Source: Nemertoderma westbladi
Lineage: Eukaryota; Animalia; Xenacoelomorpha
Reading direction: 5' to 3'
Assembly: GCA_032718475.1 (NCBI GenBank)
Contig: JAUCBJ010007871.1
Coordinates: 1-53,746 of the forward strand
Length of the DNA: 53,746 bases
Position numbers and translations under genes: made by a program. Below the pieces are notes generated by a model. That model saw only the letters and a list, made by a program, of their open reading frames with translations. It was not told the origin of the DNA and searched no databases. Positions 11,145-23,344 of this stretch are shown here, piece after piece. Position 1 is the stretch's first letter. The number at the start of each line of letters is the position of its first letter.

Positions 11145-12252
11145 TGTACGCCCTTTTGAAGACCTTTAGCAGTTTAATACCAATAAACACAACATTAGCC
11201 GAAGCCAGCCTAGTGCGCGTCCATTCACCCGCTGGATATACCCGGGAGACTGGATTCGGAGGGCTTAGATTGTTATTGCAGTGTAAGCTTACTGTATTAT
11301 TCGATTGATCGTTAATAAATAATTTCTGACCAATATTATTCACTTTCGGGAAATATTAACAGTTCCTTTAGGACGTGGCGCTCTACCTAGGTAAACAGAG
11401 ATATGACTTATACTAAACACAACGGTAAGTCGGTAAGGCTTATGATTCACGTATGAGGCGCATTCTTTAGGAAATGCTTAGTTATCAGCCACAATCATGC
11501 ACACTACCGGTACCACACAATACTGCACAATAATCTGCCGATCGTCAATGAATTTTATCATATATAAAGAGAACAGCAATTGACTCATGTAGTGCCTATC
11601 AAATAGCATTAAACTCACTACAAACCACGATAATATAAGTCGCAATCGCTATATGTAACCTGTCTCTCTAACCTGTAGTGTATCAAGAAAATTGGGAAAT
11701 TTGGGTTCTTTATAGATGTTCTCCAAATAATAATATTCAACCAACTGATACAAATAATGACAACAGTAAATAGCAGTATAATAATGTATGTTGCAGTGAT
11801 ATAAGACTGCTGCTGATAACAGTTATACGCTCTATAATCTAAGCCTACTAATGTTTCTTCTAAAGTCTGAAACGAATTGACTCTAGAGCCGGTGTTCTTG
11901 GCCTAGATAGAAACAACACAACAGTATCACAAAAAACAGTAAGACTGAACACTCCTAGCACGATCTGTAGAATATCTCCACATCGACAGTAAAAATCGCC
12001 CTGATTGGCTGTTAAGCTAAACAAAGAACCATGTGTCCAATGGCCGTTTCCATGCCAGCAACCAGCTGTTAGATGTCGTAATCTGAATCATCAAGGCTAC
12101 ACTGTGCTAGAGTATTTGACGCATTGCGGGTTTTATGCCTTGCCATGTCCGCCAAAGCACACATATAGAAGAATGACTTTTATGTCCGTTAAAACACCTA
12201 CAACGGTACTTTGCAGGCGAGGGGACTGATGATATCCGCAAAAGCTTTTACA
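11145..12252 (-). repeat. 5' LTR of BEL copy 1 (1108 bp)
   Basis: TG...CA ends (TGTACG...GCTTTTACA); colinear with copy 2 LTRs, with the same GCAAAAGCTTTTACA terminus; CCAAT-type box (CTGATTGG) at ~12001. Confidence 0.9.
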
Positions 12253-12255
12253 TTA

Positions 12256-13119
12256 CCCAATCGAAGCCTCATAAGGGCCGGTTATTTGTACGCATATCCC
12301 CTAATGCGCTCAGTAAGGTTCAAACAACATATTAATATGAAAATAAAGTATCTGCAAAGAAAAGAACCCAATACTATATAATTTGACCTTATTAAAAAAT
12401 TTGCACTTTTGCACCGCACACTTATTTGTACAAATGCACTTTAGCAGATCGTAATGGTGGCTCTTATTTAACAAACTTATGTTTATCCTCTACCGATCTA
12501 CGATGGTGTATGATCAAGTGTCAGTCACTAAAAGTGTCAAAAATCCAATTTAATAAATCTGGATTTGCGATTTTGGACCATATTCATGGAAATTTTTAAG
12601 TCACTTTATAGACATAAAAAGTTAAACAAATGTTACATTTTTCAACTTTGACGGACATTTTCAGAAAAAAGGCGTGGTAATCTTATTTGAAAAAAAAAAC
12701 GAATTCACTAATTAATCCCTTCTATCGTATCCTGGCGTCGGCTAAGCAATAACCTAGGGTTTTTTCGAGCCACTGTAGAGCGCCTTTCAAAAACATTTTA
12801 AAATTGTCGAAAAAATGACGGATTTTTGTCCGCCGTGTCCGTCGATGGGTTAGATTTAATAATGTTAGAGTTGTTAATATCTTAGAATTCCGAGCCGCTC
12901 CCCTGGTGAGAAAATAAAAAAATTTGGTCTGTTCCTTCATCGAAAAGTCCCCCAGAATCCCAAGTTAACCTATATAGTTAGCGATGGCCTGCGGCTTTAG
13001 GAGCGGCCGCGGTATTCACCTCCCTCATAGCGGCGGTGTTGCGTCAAATGGAGAAATATTTATCCCACCGAGAGAAAGCGGCCCCAATATTAGATTATTA
13101 CAACAACATATCCATTGGG
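12256..13119. mobile_element. Non-autonomous TIR DNA transposon (CCC...GGG ends, TA flanks; possibly CACTA/EnSpm-like), internally deleted copy
   Basis: Ends TA|CCCAATCGA ... TCCATTGGG|TA; near-identical to both ends of the longer copy at 13917-16090 but lacking ~1.35 kb of its middle. Superfamily assignment is tentative. Confidence 0.65.
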
Positions 13120-13916
13120 TAAGAAAGTGGAGGAGAGCCAGCCCGTCTCTTAATTTTTTACTTTATATTACGCGATCAATTTTCACTCATCTCGTCATGA
13201 ACCCAACATGTATGTAACCTTTTGTTAAATTTGTTGGCTATGCGTTTGCGGTTGTTTGGGCGGAGTGTGGTAGGCCTACACTTTTCACACTTAAATATTT
13301 TGGTTGTGAAATGTTACAGGGCATAGCGATCTGAGATATTTCATTTATATTTTATTATGAGAGGAAGAAGAACATACAACGTTATTTACTATGTAACAAA
13401 ATAATTGTTTTCGGGTTTAACTTGGAAGCCTCCCCAAATAGTTGATATACAATTATATTTAAAATTATTTCCATGGTCATGGTCATTCACCCGTCTTTAG
13501 TTAGAAATTTGTTTGCATGAAAGACAGTTTAGTTTAGTTTTTACTGATTTATTATCTCTTATCTGACTGGGGTAATAATAAAGGATAGGATAAATGGAAG
13601 CAAAGTGTGACAGTAACAAATATTTCCCCGTCACCCTAGCATGTCTTAAGTATATGATATATCAAAGGGGGAAGTTTGGATTCACTGCATAAATGCAGTT
13701 CACCAAACTTCCCCCGAATGCACACTGTAACTTCCCCCTTCCCCCAAATATCCACTGTTGAATTAATTTGAAGCGATATAATAAGTACAAAATTGTGCGA
13801 GTTTTTAATTGTGTGGTCCAATTGTTATTTGATTTCTATTTATTATTTAAAGTGCATTTAATATCACACTGGTTTTTAGAATATTATACTATACAACCTT
13901 ATGTTTTATTAATTTA

Positions 13917-16090
13917 CCCAATCGAAGCCTCATAAGGGCCGGTTATTTGTACGCATATCCCCTAAAGCGCTCAGTAAGGTTCAAACAACATATGAAAATG
14001 AAAATAAAGTATCTGCAAAGAAAATAACCCAATACTATATAATTTGACCTTATTAAAAAATTTGCACTTTTGCACACTTATTTGTACAAATGCACTTTAG
14101 CAGATCGTAATGGTGGCTCTTATTTAACAAACTTATGTTTATCCTCTACCGATCTACGATGGTGTATGATCAAGTGTCAGTCGCTAAAAGTGTCAAAAAT
14201 CCAATTTAATAAATCTGGATTTGCGATTTTGGACCATATTCATGGACATTTTAAGTCACTTTATAGACATAAAAAGTTAAACAAATGTTACGATTATAGT
14301 TAGAAATCATTCCAAACTACATTTTAATCCAAAAAATAACATTCTACGATGAATATAACTGGAAATAATAGTGTTTGAAATATCGAAAAAATGTTCACTA
14401 TTTAAGTGCATTTTGCACTAAGTGCACATAAGTTTTTTCCCAAGTTTTATCCTATTTCACACACTACAATCTATCCTCTATCCAATGAAAAACGTTTCAG
14501 ATTAAACGGCCCAGTAGAACCGAAGTTATTGATGTTTTAAAATAGTCACTCGAAAATTTCAAATTCTCTTGGTCACATAGTCTAGTGGTTATCAATCACG
14601 TTAATGAAACCTAAGTTCGCGGGTTCGAAATCCAATATTGACCTGACCATTCTTAATTTTTTTGCATAAAAAATTATTTTTATTTTTTCACTAAAATCGC
14701 TCTAACTTCGGTTCTGGTGGTCCAAATTCAATAAAATTGGTATATTCTTTGCCGTAATTTTTTTCATTAATCTTTTGAGAAGGGGTTATTTTTGGCCCTA
14801 AAAAAATTAAAAAAAGGGCCAAAATAACGCGATATTTATCGACCCTTAAAATTCGTAATTTTAATTATATATGTTAAGATAAAAGATAGCGGAGTTAATT
14901 TGATACTTTTTACAGGTACTTTTGGCGCAATACGCTAAATTATAATGGAATAGCGATTTGTTAAAAAAAAAAATTTTCGTCCCTTTTTATAAATATTATA
15001 TTTCACACGATCGCCTGCCGCTCCAGTTTTATAATACCTCCGGCGCTGTGATTAACGCTGTTAGATAGATAATTTAACACACTATAAGTCTGTGTAAACA
15101 AATCTCCCGTAAGTTAAGTAGTTTTCGAGCTAGACGATTTCCCGCGAAGCAAGTTTGAAGCGCGAAATTATAATTTTGGCCCTCATTTTTTTAATATCAT
15201 CCTTGGAGCAAAACCGATATATTTGAATTCCCCGTATGGATATTGACTGTATAGAATGTACCTTAACCAACTAAAGTTAAAAATAAAAAATTATTCGATA
15301 AAAACTACTTTACAAATTCTGGCCCTTTTTGGCCCCTATTGCCGACATATTTTTTGTACCCCCATTCGATAGGAACGTAGCCCCAATGGTCTTCTACGAG
15401 TTTCATAAAAGAATTAGTGGATTCCTACCCGCGTTGTCGAATTAAACATTTCGGAAATAAGTGTTCCAAAAAAGACGGACAAAAACGTACAAATTTACAG
15501 CCCCTTTTTCCACCCGAAATTTTAATAAATATCTTACGCCCATTCGATACGAAGGTAGTACCACTCTTCCCCTTTCCAACCGCGTTACTTTCGTCCCCGT
15601 ACGATTAATATTAGCCGAGTTATAGCAGATCCCGCAAAGTCATTTTGTCCGTTTTTTCAACTTTGACGGACATTTTCGGAAAAAAAGCGTGGTAATCTTT
15701 TTTGAAGAAAAAAACGAATTCACTAATTAATCCCTTCTATCGTATCCCGGCGTCGGCTAAGCAATAACCTAGGGTTTTTTCGAGCCACTGTAGAGCGCCT
15801 TTCAAAAAAATTTTAAAATTGTCGAAAAAATGACGGTTTTTTGTCCGCCTTGTCCGTCGAAGGGTTAGATTTAATAATGTTAGAGTTGCTAATATCTTAG
15901 AATTCCGAGCCGCTCCCCTGGTGAGAAAATAAAAAAATTTGGTCAGTTCCTTCATCGAAAAGTCCCCCAGAATCCCAAGTTAACCTATATAGTTAGCGAT
16001 GGCCTGCGGCTTTAGGAGCGGCCGCGGTATTCACCTCCCTCATAGCGGCCGCGGCGGTGTTGCGTCAAATGGAGAAATATTTATCCCACC
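13917..16090. mobile_element. Longer copy of the same TIR element, right end lost at a LINE junction
   Basis: Starts TA|CCCAATCGAAGCC as at 12256; shared sequence stops at ...TATCCCACC (16090), where a LINE 3' fragment begins. Confidence 0.75.
14571..14643 (+). other. tRNA-like / Pol III A-box and B-box segment inside the TIR element
   Basis: 73 nt; GGTCA...TGACC termini; A-box TAGTCTAGTGG; B-box GGTTCGAAATCC; T-run shortly downstream; poor anticodon arm. Confidence 0.5.
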
Positions 16091-16782
16091 TAGGTACCAC
16101 CTAACTCTAGATGACTTTTCTGAATCTGGACTACTTAACTTAGATAGTAGAGTTAAGCAGCTACGCCTTAACCATGTGCATAAAGTGTATAATGGTAAAT
16201 GTCCTAATTACAGAGTACGCGATACACACTCTTACAGTACCAGAGCTAGTGCTTCAAACTTCTACCTCCCGAATTGTAAATCCTTCGAATCTGATACTTT
16301 CTTTTTTAACGGCATAAAAAATTGGAACGCTCTGCCTAATGAATTTAAAAACCTATATAATCCACATTCTTTTAAATCTGCAGTTAAATCTCACCTCCGT
16401 GTGCAATGTAAAAATAGGTACAATAGTCCTACGGAAAGTTATTAGTTTATTAATAATTATTTACTATTTATACTGTAATTTCGTTTTATATTAAATTGTT
16501 CTGTACATTACATTTTTATCGTTGAGTCGGACATTGTCACGCTCTCGGTAAAGTTGTACATGTACATAGTGTAATTACGTTTTATATTGGTTTTAGGTTA
16601 GCGTAGTGTAATATTGTATTTGTAACCAAGTAACATAAAGGACCCCCTTGGAAATAAGCTGCAAAGCTTTAGGGGTAATCCTATATGTTATGTTGGACAA
16701 TACCTTTATACCGGTACATTGTTTGGTGTATTTGTTATTGTTTTTACATAATGTATAAATAAATCTATCTATCTATCTATCT
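16091..16782 (+). mobile_element. 3' fragment of a CR1/L2-group (Crack/Daphne-like) LINE
   Basis: ORF2 C-terminal motifs HSYSTR and TFFFNGIKNWNALP...SFKSAVKSHL; 3' UTR with GGACCCCC...GGGGTAATCC stem, AATAAA and (CTAT)n tail. Confidence 0.75.
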
Positions 16783-17680
16783 AATCAGAACCTCATCAGT
16801 CTGTCCAGTCTGCATTCGGTGCTCTTGAACACCCACTGCGCTAAGAGAAAGCTTATCTGCCAAGGCAGTCAGCTCACCTTGTCGCATTGGGGAACCGAGT
16901 GTTAGGGTGTTTACTGAGGCTAGTCTAGTGACTTGCCTCAGATTCACCAATGGTTTTGTTGGTCGGGGTGGAACATGAGAGTAGCCTCCAACTCCAGAAT
17001 CCCTCTCCCCATCACAATCTGGCCTCCCAGGTGACCCAGGGTTTGGGCCAGAAAGGTCATCAGGAAAGGGACTCAAAGAATTGTTGCTCTCTCTCCAGTA
17101 GGGGGTGAGACAGGCAGCCGGTCAGGAGTTAACTGACGCCTGTGAGGCCGATTGTGTACGGTAATTCCACTGGCCTCTAGTGGCCGGACCTCCGCATTGC
17201 TAATGTAATCCATAGTGGGGGTTGGGGGTGCTTTTTTGCCGAGTCAGCTCTCGGGGCAAATACCACACCCTGGTTTGCCATTCCACAGGGTGGGTGTCGC
17301 AATGGAGTAAGATATGAGGCCCTTCACCCATATCTACTCTGGCGTACATGACCCACCATTGGCTGTTGCAGCTCATCTGCTGGGTCATGCCCTGTACCCT
17401 TGCTGCCAGGTGCAGGTCGCAGTGAAGTGCTCTCAGAGTGGACATGAGAACACTCTACTCCTGACCAGCCATTGGTAGATCACCATCTGCCTGGTCAGGC
17501 CATATACCCCTGCAGCCAAGTGGGTCCTTAATCCAAGACCAAGGGCGTCCTTATCCCAGAATGAAGGGGGTCCTAGTTACAGGACCAGATTTGCCCTAGT
17601 AAGAGGGTCTATGCAGCTACAGGTGGCACCTCCTTTATGCTGCATGGAGGTGGCAAGTTTTCTTGATCAATGACCTAGAA
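16783..17680 (-). mobile_element. 5' fragment of an RTE-like LINE (GC-rich 5' UTR plus start of APE endonuclease)
   Basis: RLASVNTLTL...ELTALADKLSLSAVGVQEHR resembles the APE N-terminal motifs (xATWNVRTL...GLQEHR); truncated at the LINE tail; (ACCTG)n-like boundary at ~17681. Confidence 0.6.
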
Positions 17681-18136
17681 TACCTGACCTGACAATAATA
17701 AATAGTAATAAATAATACTATGGTAATTCGTAAAAACTATATTAAGATGTGAATTTAACAGTGAACTGAACTTAGCAAATAACACAATAACTCTCGGTAT
17801 CCCTTATTTATTCTTTATATCAGGCCATTATTGCCCATAAAATAACATAGTAATAATAATTATTTTAGAGAAGTAATATGAAGAAACATCTATTGAGAAT
17901 AATGTGACAAATACATACAATAAGCACAACTAGTTAAGTTTATGCCGTAAGTGAATGAACGAGGGTTTATTCAGCAAACCAATGTTAAGATAGATAATAT
18001 TAGCTTCTCTATCGGTAAAAAGAGGCTTTAAAAAATATATACTACAATTAAGCTAATTCGGTGTTGATTTATAATTAATTTGCTGTAATGCAATCCTGCA
18101 TGGGCTCCCTTACAAATATAATATGATGGAAGTTAG

Positions 18137-18686
18137 GACAATTGTGACCCGGACATTTGCGACCAGACAATTGCAACCCGGTCAATTGTGACCCGGACAA
18201 TTGCGACCCGGACAATTGTGACCTGGACAATTTCGACCCGTAGAATTGTGATCCGGACAATTGCGACCCGGACAATTGCGACACAGACAATTGCGACCCG
18301 GACAATTGTGACACCGACAATTGCGACCTAGACAATTGTGACCCTGACAATTGTGACCCGGACAATTGTGACCCGGACAATTGTGACCCGGACAATTGCG
18401 ATCCGGACAATTATGACCCGGACAATTGTGACCCGTACAATTGCGACCTGGACTTTTGTGACCCAGACAATTGCAACCCGGACAATTGCGACCTGGACAA
18501 TTGCGACAGACAATTGTGACCCAGGAAATTGCGACGCGGACAACTGCGACCCGAACAATTGTCATCCGGACAATTGCGACCCAGACAATTGCAACCCGGA
18601 TAATTGCTACCTGGACAATTTTGACCCGGATAATTGGGACCCCGACAATTGCGACCCGGACAAATGCGACCCGGACAATTGCGACG
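18137..18686. repeat. 15-bp minisatellite (GGACAATTG(T/C)GACCC)n, ~36 units
   Basis: Directly visible tandem array with a CAATTG palindromic core. Confidence 0.95.
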
Positions 18687-18840
18687 TGGTAACCTAGATT
18701 AACAACCATATTTTATTCGTCTTTGCACTCCACAGCTATAGTTTAGAACTAATGCCAGAAGCATTAGTACAGGCTCCAACCTATGACCCCGTATGAATTT
18801 TTATATGACTGAGCTACCCTACATAGATGTTTAGTACATA

Positions 18841-20697
18841 AAAACAGTAAACAGTAAAAGTAAAGTAAATTTTCTTCGGCCACTAGGCCAGGGATTACGC
18901 ACAAAGTCTGACAACTTATTTTCAGTGCGGTCCCCCCAGAACTTTACTCCCCAGAGGAAACTCTAGTATTCATTTAGCTACCACTTAAGGATGCAAGGCA
19001 GAGATGCGCCCTAGCTGGTTCCTTTAACCCTATTAGTACCGGGCTATAAAATGTTGTACAAATACCGGGGGGGGGGGGGTCATATTGACCCCTCCCTCCA
19101 AAATCTACAAATATTTACGAAAACGTCTGATTTTTTGTTTGTACGTAGGTATCACTTGCCTGGATCCGACCGAAAAAAAAAATTTTCAAAAAAATGTACT
19201 GGGGTGGTTATATTGCAGCACCAAAATTACAAGTAGTGCACAATTTTCACAAAATTTGAAAGTTACATTTTCGGCTAATTATTTTTCAATACAGGTTTTC
19301 TGGGGTGCAAAATACATTGGAAAATATTTAAAAATGATATGATTACTATAAATGGCTGTTTAGTCCTCTCTGCGTAGGAAAAAAATGAAAAAAACAAGTA
19401 ACCAGCACTTTTCAGTTAGAACACAAAATTTTTAATTCACTTATACGATGCTATAAATTCACATTTTCAGGTTTTCGAGGGCGCTGATTCTAATGGAATA
19501 CATTTCTAATATGCCAGATCATTGCTACTTGTATTTTTCGGCGTAATTTGGCAAATTTTGGTGCTAGCACCAAATTTCATACCCATCACCAAAAAGTACA
19601 AGTTTGCGATGTCCAGTGCTGTTTTTATTGATTCCATCGGATTCAGGACCCTCATAAACCCGTATAACGCAAGAAACAAGGTGATACTATCTACTGATCA
19701 ATTTGCATATTTTCCAAAATTTGGTGCTGGCACAACAATTTTCACCCACCGGCGAAAAATACAAGTTTGAGAACTCTTATGAAATTTTTACTGATTCCAT
19801 TGAATTCAGAACCATCACAAACCCGTATAACGCAAGAAACAAGGTGACACAATCAATTGATATATTTGATGGTTTTCAAAATTTGGTGCTAGCACCACAT
19901 TTTGCACCCACATCCGAAAAATACAAGTTTGCAATGTCTAGTTCGATAATTATATATTCCATTGAATTCAGAACAGCCATAAACCTCTAAAACGCAAGAA
20001 ATAAATTGTCACAAGCAATTTTATCTATTGAATGGATTTTCAAAATTTTGTGCTAGCACCAAAATTTGCACACAGCACCGAAAAATACGAGTTTGATACG
20101 CTTGGTGCAACTCGTATATATTTCATCGAATCCAGAACCCCAAAAAACCCCAATTGCGTAAAAAAACAAGTTTCAAACAATCAATTTACAAAATTGACAT
20201 ATTTCAAAATTTGGTGCTGGCACCAAAATTTGGCACCCACCGAAAAAAACAAGTTTGAAATTTCTAAATCAATTTATATGAATTCCATCCAATTTCTAAG
20301 ACAATAAAACCGGTGTAAATAAAAAATAGAGATGTTACAATTCATATTTAATGAAATGTAATTTTCAAAAAACGTCTCAAAAAAGTGCCAAAAGTATGGT
20401 TAAAAAATGGTGCTGTAACTCGAAAAGTACCCAATATTTTTGAAAACGGTTTTCACTACTAGGAAGACAATAGATTTTTAGGAAAAGTCATAAAATTTCA
20501 GATTCCCAACTGCGTTTGTTTCAGAATTATAATAAAAAAAACCACGGGGGGGGGTCATATTGACCCCCCCCCCCCCCGGGTTTAATAGGGTTAAAGCATT
20601 CGTGCCGAAACGAAAACTGCCCTGGTCCATGTGAGGATCGAACCCACGACCTACAGGAGATGTGGATGCAATGCATCCACTACACAAGGTGGAACCT
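18841..20697 (-). mobile_element. tRNA-derived SINE split by the piggyBac-like element
   Basis: Minus-strand head at ~20697-20620 with A-box (TGTGTAGTGG) and B-box (GGGTTCGATCC); body resumes left of the TTAA site with GCCTTGCATCCT...TAAATGAATAC...CTGGGGAGTAAAG, resembling conserved invertebrate SINE cores; (TTTAC)n-type tail at ~18841-18870. Confidence 0.6.
19028..20590. mobile_element. piggyBac-like non-autonomous DNA transposon (MITE)
   Basis: TTAA duplicated at 19024-19027 and 20591-20594; TIRs CCCTATTAGTACCGGG / CCCGGGTTTAATAGGG; GGGGTCATATTGACCCC hairpins near both ends; about five internal ~163-bp tandem repeats (19540-20300). Confidence 0.88.
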
Positions 20698-21255
20698 ACA
20701 TATATGGGACATTTAAAAAAAATTGGGTAGACGTCACCAAATGGTTTCATTAGGTTTTTAGTGGGTCTTAAACATAGCAATGGAGATAATTGCCATCAAC
20801 AGCTCTTATAGTAGATATGACGAGTTAAAATTTATACCAGATTAATTAATATTTTGGATATGAAGAATTTCATGTTATGTATGGCACATGCTTCCTCTAA
20901 CAGCAGACTGGAAAATTGCTGGTTGATCAACCTCCTCAAAAAGTTGCATTATGTGGTCTAGCACATATGTTCCAAGCCAAAATTTTGCTTGAATGTTTAA
21001 TATCAACGAAATGAGGAACCTTATCATTTTCAGAATTATCGTACTCTAGTGGCAGACTGGGGAACTGCAGATCGATTACAGACCCCACAAAGATACAGGC
21101 TGTGTTCTAGTACATATCTCACAAGTTTCAAAGTTTCAAAGGGATTATAAATAACTAAATGGGAGAAAGATTTCACTATTAGACATTTCGCCCTCTAGCG
21201 GTAGAACTGCAGATGGATTGGCCTCCCTTAAAATATACAGCTGAGACGGTTACGT

Positions 21256-21400
21256 CGCGTTTCGGCAACTCAAATTCGCGTTTCGGCAACTAAACAAAAT
21301 TACGTTTCACAAACTGCTATAGTTGTGTTTCGGCAACTCGTAGTTGCATTTCGACAACTCGTAGTTGCACTTTGCGAACTGAAGTCGCGTTTCGGCAATT
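21256..21400. repeat. Degenerate ~20-bp tandem repeat (GTTTCGGCAACT core)
   Basis: Core motif repeated about six times. Confidence 0.7.
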
Positions 21401-22036
21401 ACAGTAAGTCAAAAACCCTCGTATGTAATGTAACTGTGACTACATTAATTTATGTAAGTAAATGATAATGATAACAAGTGTAAAAGTTAGTTATACAGTC
21501 CCAATCCCAATAAGCTTAGTTGCTCTGACTGATTGTCGGCTCCCTTTCTTTATTACCCGGAGCTGAGTCGGGCCTTGCAGTTGTAGTAGAGACCAGAATA
21601 CACAAGAGAATAAATTAAACATAAATGAACAGGTTACAGTTTTATTTTTGAGAGAAATCATCTGTTATTATTTGCGTCAAAATTCCCCTGGAGAGGGATG
21701 AATTATTATTGCGTCCAGTTCCACCCCCCCCCCCCCCCCCCCCCCGTCCCTAACTGTATTTATGAGAGCATTTATATTATAGCGTACTAAACAGCTAAAT
21801 AAAGAAAAATCTGTATAAAGTACTTTTCTCATATTTTAAAGAAATTTTACGAATTAAGTATATGAACTTGTTATTTTTATTACCATTCGAATAGAATAAA
21901 AGTAAATAATATATTAATTATCTTTAATAATTAATTTATCTTTTTTGTAAAATATATAATATCTTTATTCAATATCATTAATTTAATTATTTATTAACAA
22001 TAAGATACTCAATTTGATGTACATCTACATTACAAC

Positions 22037-23344
22037 ATGTCACAGGGTGCAGATTCAGTTATATTATGTGATGAAAAAACTATGATTAATCAGAATAGTC
22101 ATCGAAAGGGCTGGAGACTTTACATGCTGGTGGCCATGTTGCTGATGTATCAAATGATACCAGGTTGGTGTCAGAATCTACTGGAAACATTCTTTCCAAT
22201 TGTTGTAGAAGAGCGTGGTTGGTCGAAGACTCTGATTGGTGCATTATTGGCAATGTTTGCTATGGTCAGACTTATAATATACATTTGTTGCCCTCATTCT
22301 ATCAACAATTGGGGAACTCGTATCTCTTTGGGCCTATTTGGCATTATTGGTGCAGTCTCCCAATTGGCATTTGGGTTTGTAGAATATATTCCAAACAACA
22401 GCAATGGATTATATATATTCGCTTGTTTTTCTCTGCGCATAATTGAGGCAATTGGACTCAACATCAGTTTTATGTATTCATACAGTCTATTGATGGAATT
22501 GTGGCCTGCACAAAGAACTTTATTAGCCAGTTTATCAATTGTTTGTAGCACTGTGGGATTCACGGTTTCACCAGTTTTTGGCTCATCCATTTTCGCTTCA
22601 TTGGGTTTTGAGTTCCCATTTATAATATCGGGTTTGATGTTTCTAATTATCGTCATTTACTGCTGGATGGAGTCGCCACGTTATATTTACGACAGATCTG
22701 AATCGAAAGACAGACCAACTTATATTGGGCTTCTGAGGAATCCAGCTATTTCACTTATATTTATTTTAATTATATCTTCCAGAATACTCACATCCTTTAT
22801 CATTGCGAACTATGCTGCTTACATTCACCACAACTATAATGTCAACCAGTACAATATTGGACGTATCTATATGATATTTCCAGGACTTTATGCTACTACT
22901 AGTCTAATAATATCATTAATGATGAATAAATTGAAGACTATCTTACCAACTGTATTTGGTGCAGTGTTACTAACAGTGTCAATGCAACTAATAGGTCCCA
23001 CAGAGCTACTGGGTTTACCTCATTATCTCGCCATATCTATCACTGGATGTGCTCTCCTTGGATTTGGGTCTGGATTATTTCACACTCCTGCCCTGGAAAC
23101 ACAAACACAACTGGCTGTTAATGTTTGTGAGTATCGTGATAATGTTGATACAAGAACACTTCTCCAACAAATGTATAAAATTGCGCTCTCTATTGGAGGT
23201 ATTATAGGTCCTGTTCTTGGTGGATTCTTCAATGATTCCTTTGGTATGGAACTTGCTTGCTCGCTTCTCAGTTTGTTTGGGTTACCATTTATATTCGCTC
23301 TGGTTGCTGTGTTCGCATTTAGATGTCGGATCATTGAGATGTGA
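22037..23344 (+). CDS. MFS transporter, SLC18B1-like (435 aa, single coding exon), paralog A
   Basis: About 12 hydrophobic segments; FFPIVVEERG, LRIIEAIG, GFEFPF, LIGP and IGGIIGPVLGG motifs typical of SLC18B1-like MFS proteins. Confidence 0.85.
   Translation: MSQGADSVILCDEKTMINQNSHRKGWRLYMLVAMLLMYQMIPGWCQNLLETFFPIVVEERGWSKTLIGALLAMFAMVRLIIYICCPHSINNWGTRISLGLFGIIGAVSQLAFGFVEYIPNNSNGLYIFACFSLRIIEAIGLNISFMYSYSLLMELWPAQRTLLASLSIVCSTVGFTVSPVFGSSIFASLGFEFPFIISGLMFLIIVIYCWMESPRYIYDRSESKDRPTYIGLLRNPAISLIFILIISSRILTSFIIANYAAYIHHNYNVNQYNIGRIYMIFPGLYATTSLIISLMMNKLKTILPTVFGAVLLTVSMQLIGPTELLGLPHYLAISITGCALLGFGSGLFHTPALETQTQLAVNVCEYRDNVDTRTLLQQMYKIALSIGGIIGPVLGGFFNDSFGMELACSLLSLFGLPFIFALVAVFAFRCRIIEM

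Larger units (their letters stand above)
1..12252 (-). mobile_element. BEL/Pao (Belpaoviridae) LTR retrotransposon, copy 1; 3' end lies left of the window
   Basis: Single gag-pol ORF with BEL domain order; ~2.1-kb 5' leader; 5' LTR at 11145-12252 homologous to the LTRs of copy 2; positions 1-873 align with copy 2 positions ~27321-28275. Confidence 0.95.

Noticed and set aside
18075-18709. ORFs with SGSQL / NCPGH pentapeptide-like repeats; CRISPR-like look
   Set aside because: They are translations of a 15-bp minisatellite open in several frames; there are no unique spacers and no cas genes.
22294-22656. Conserved antisense 120-aa ORFs (also 42194-42556)
   Set aside because: A consequence of paralogy of the sense transporter genes.
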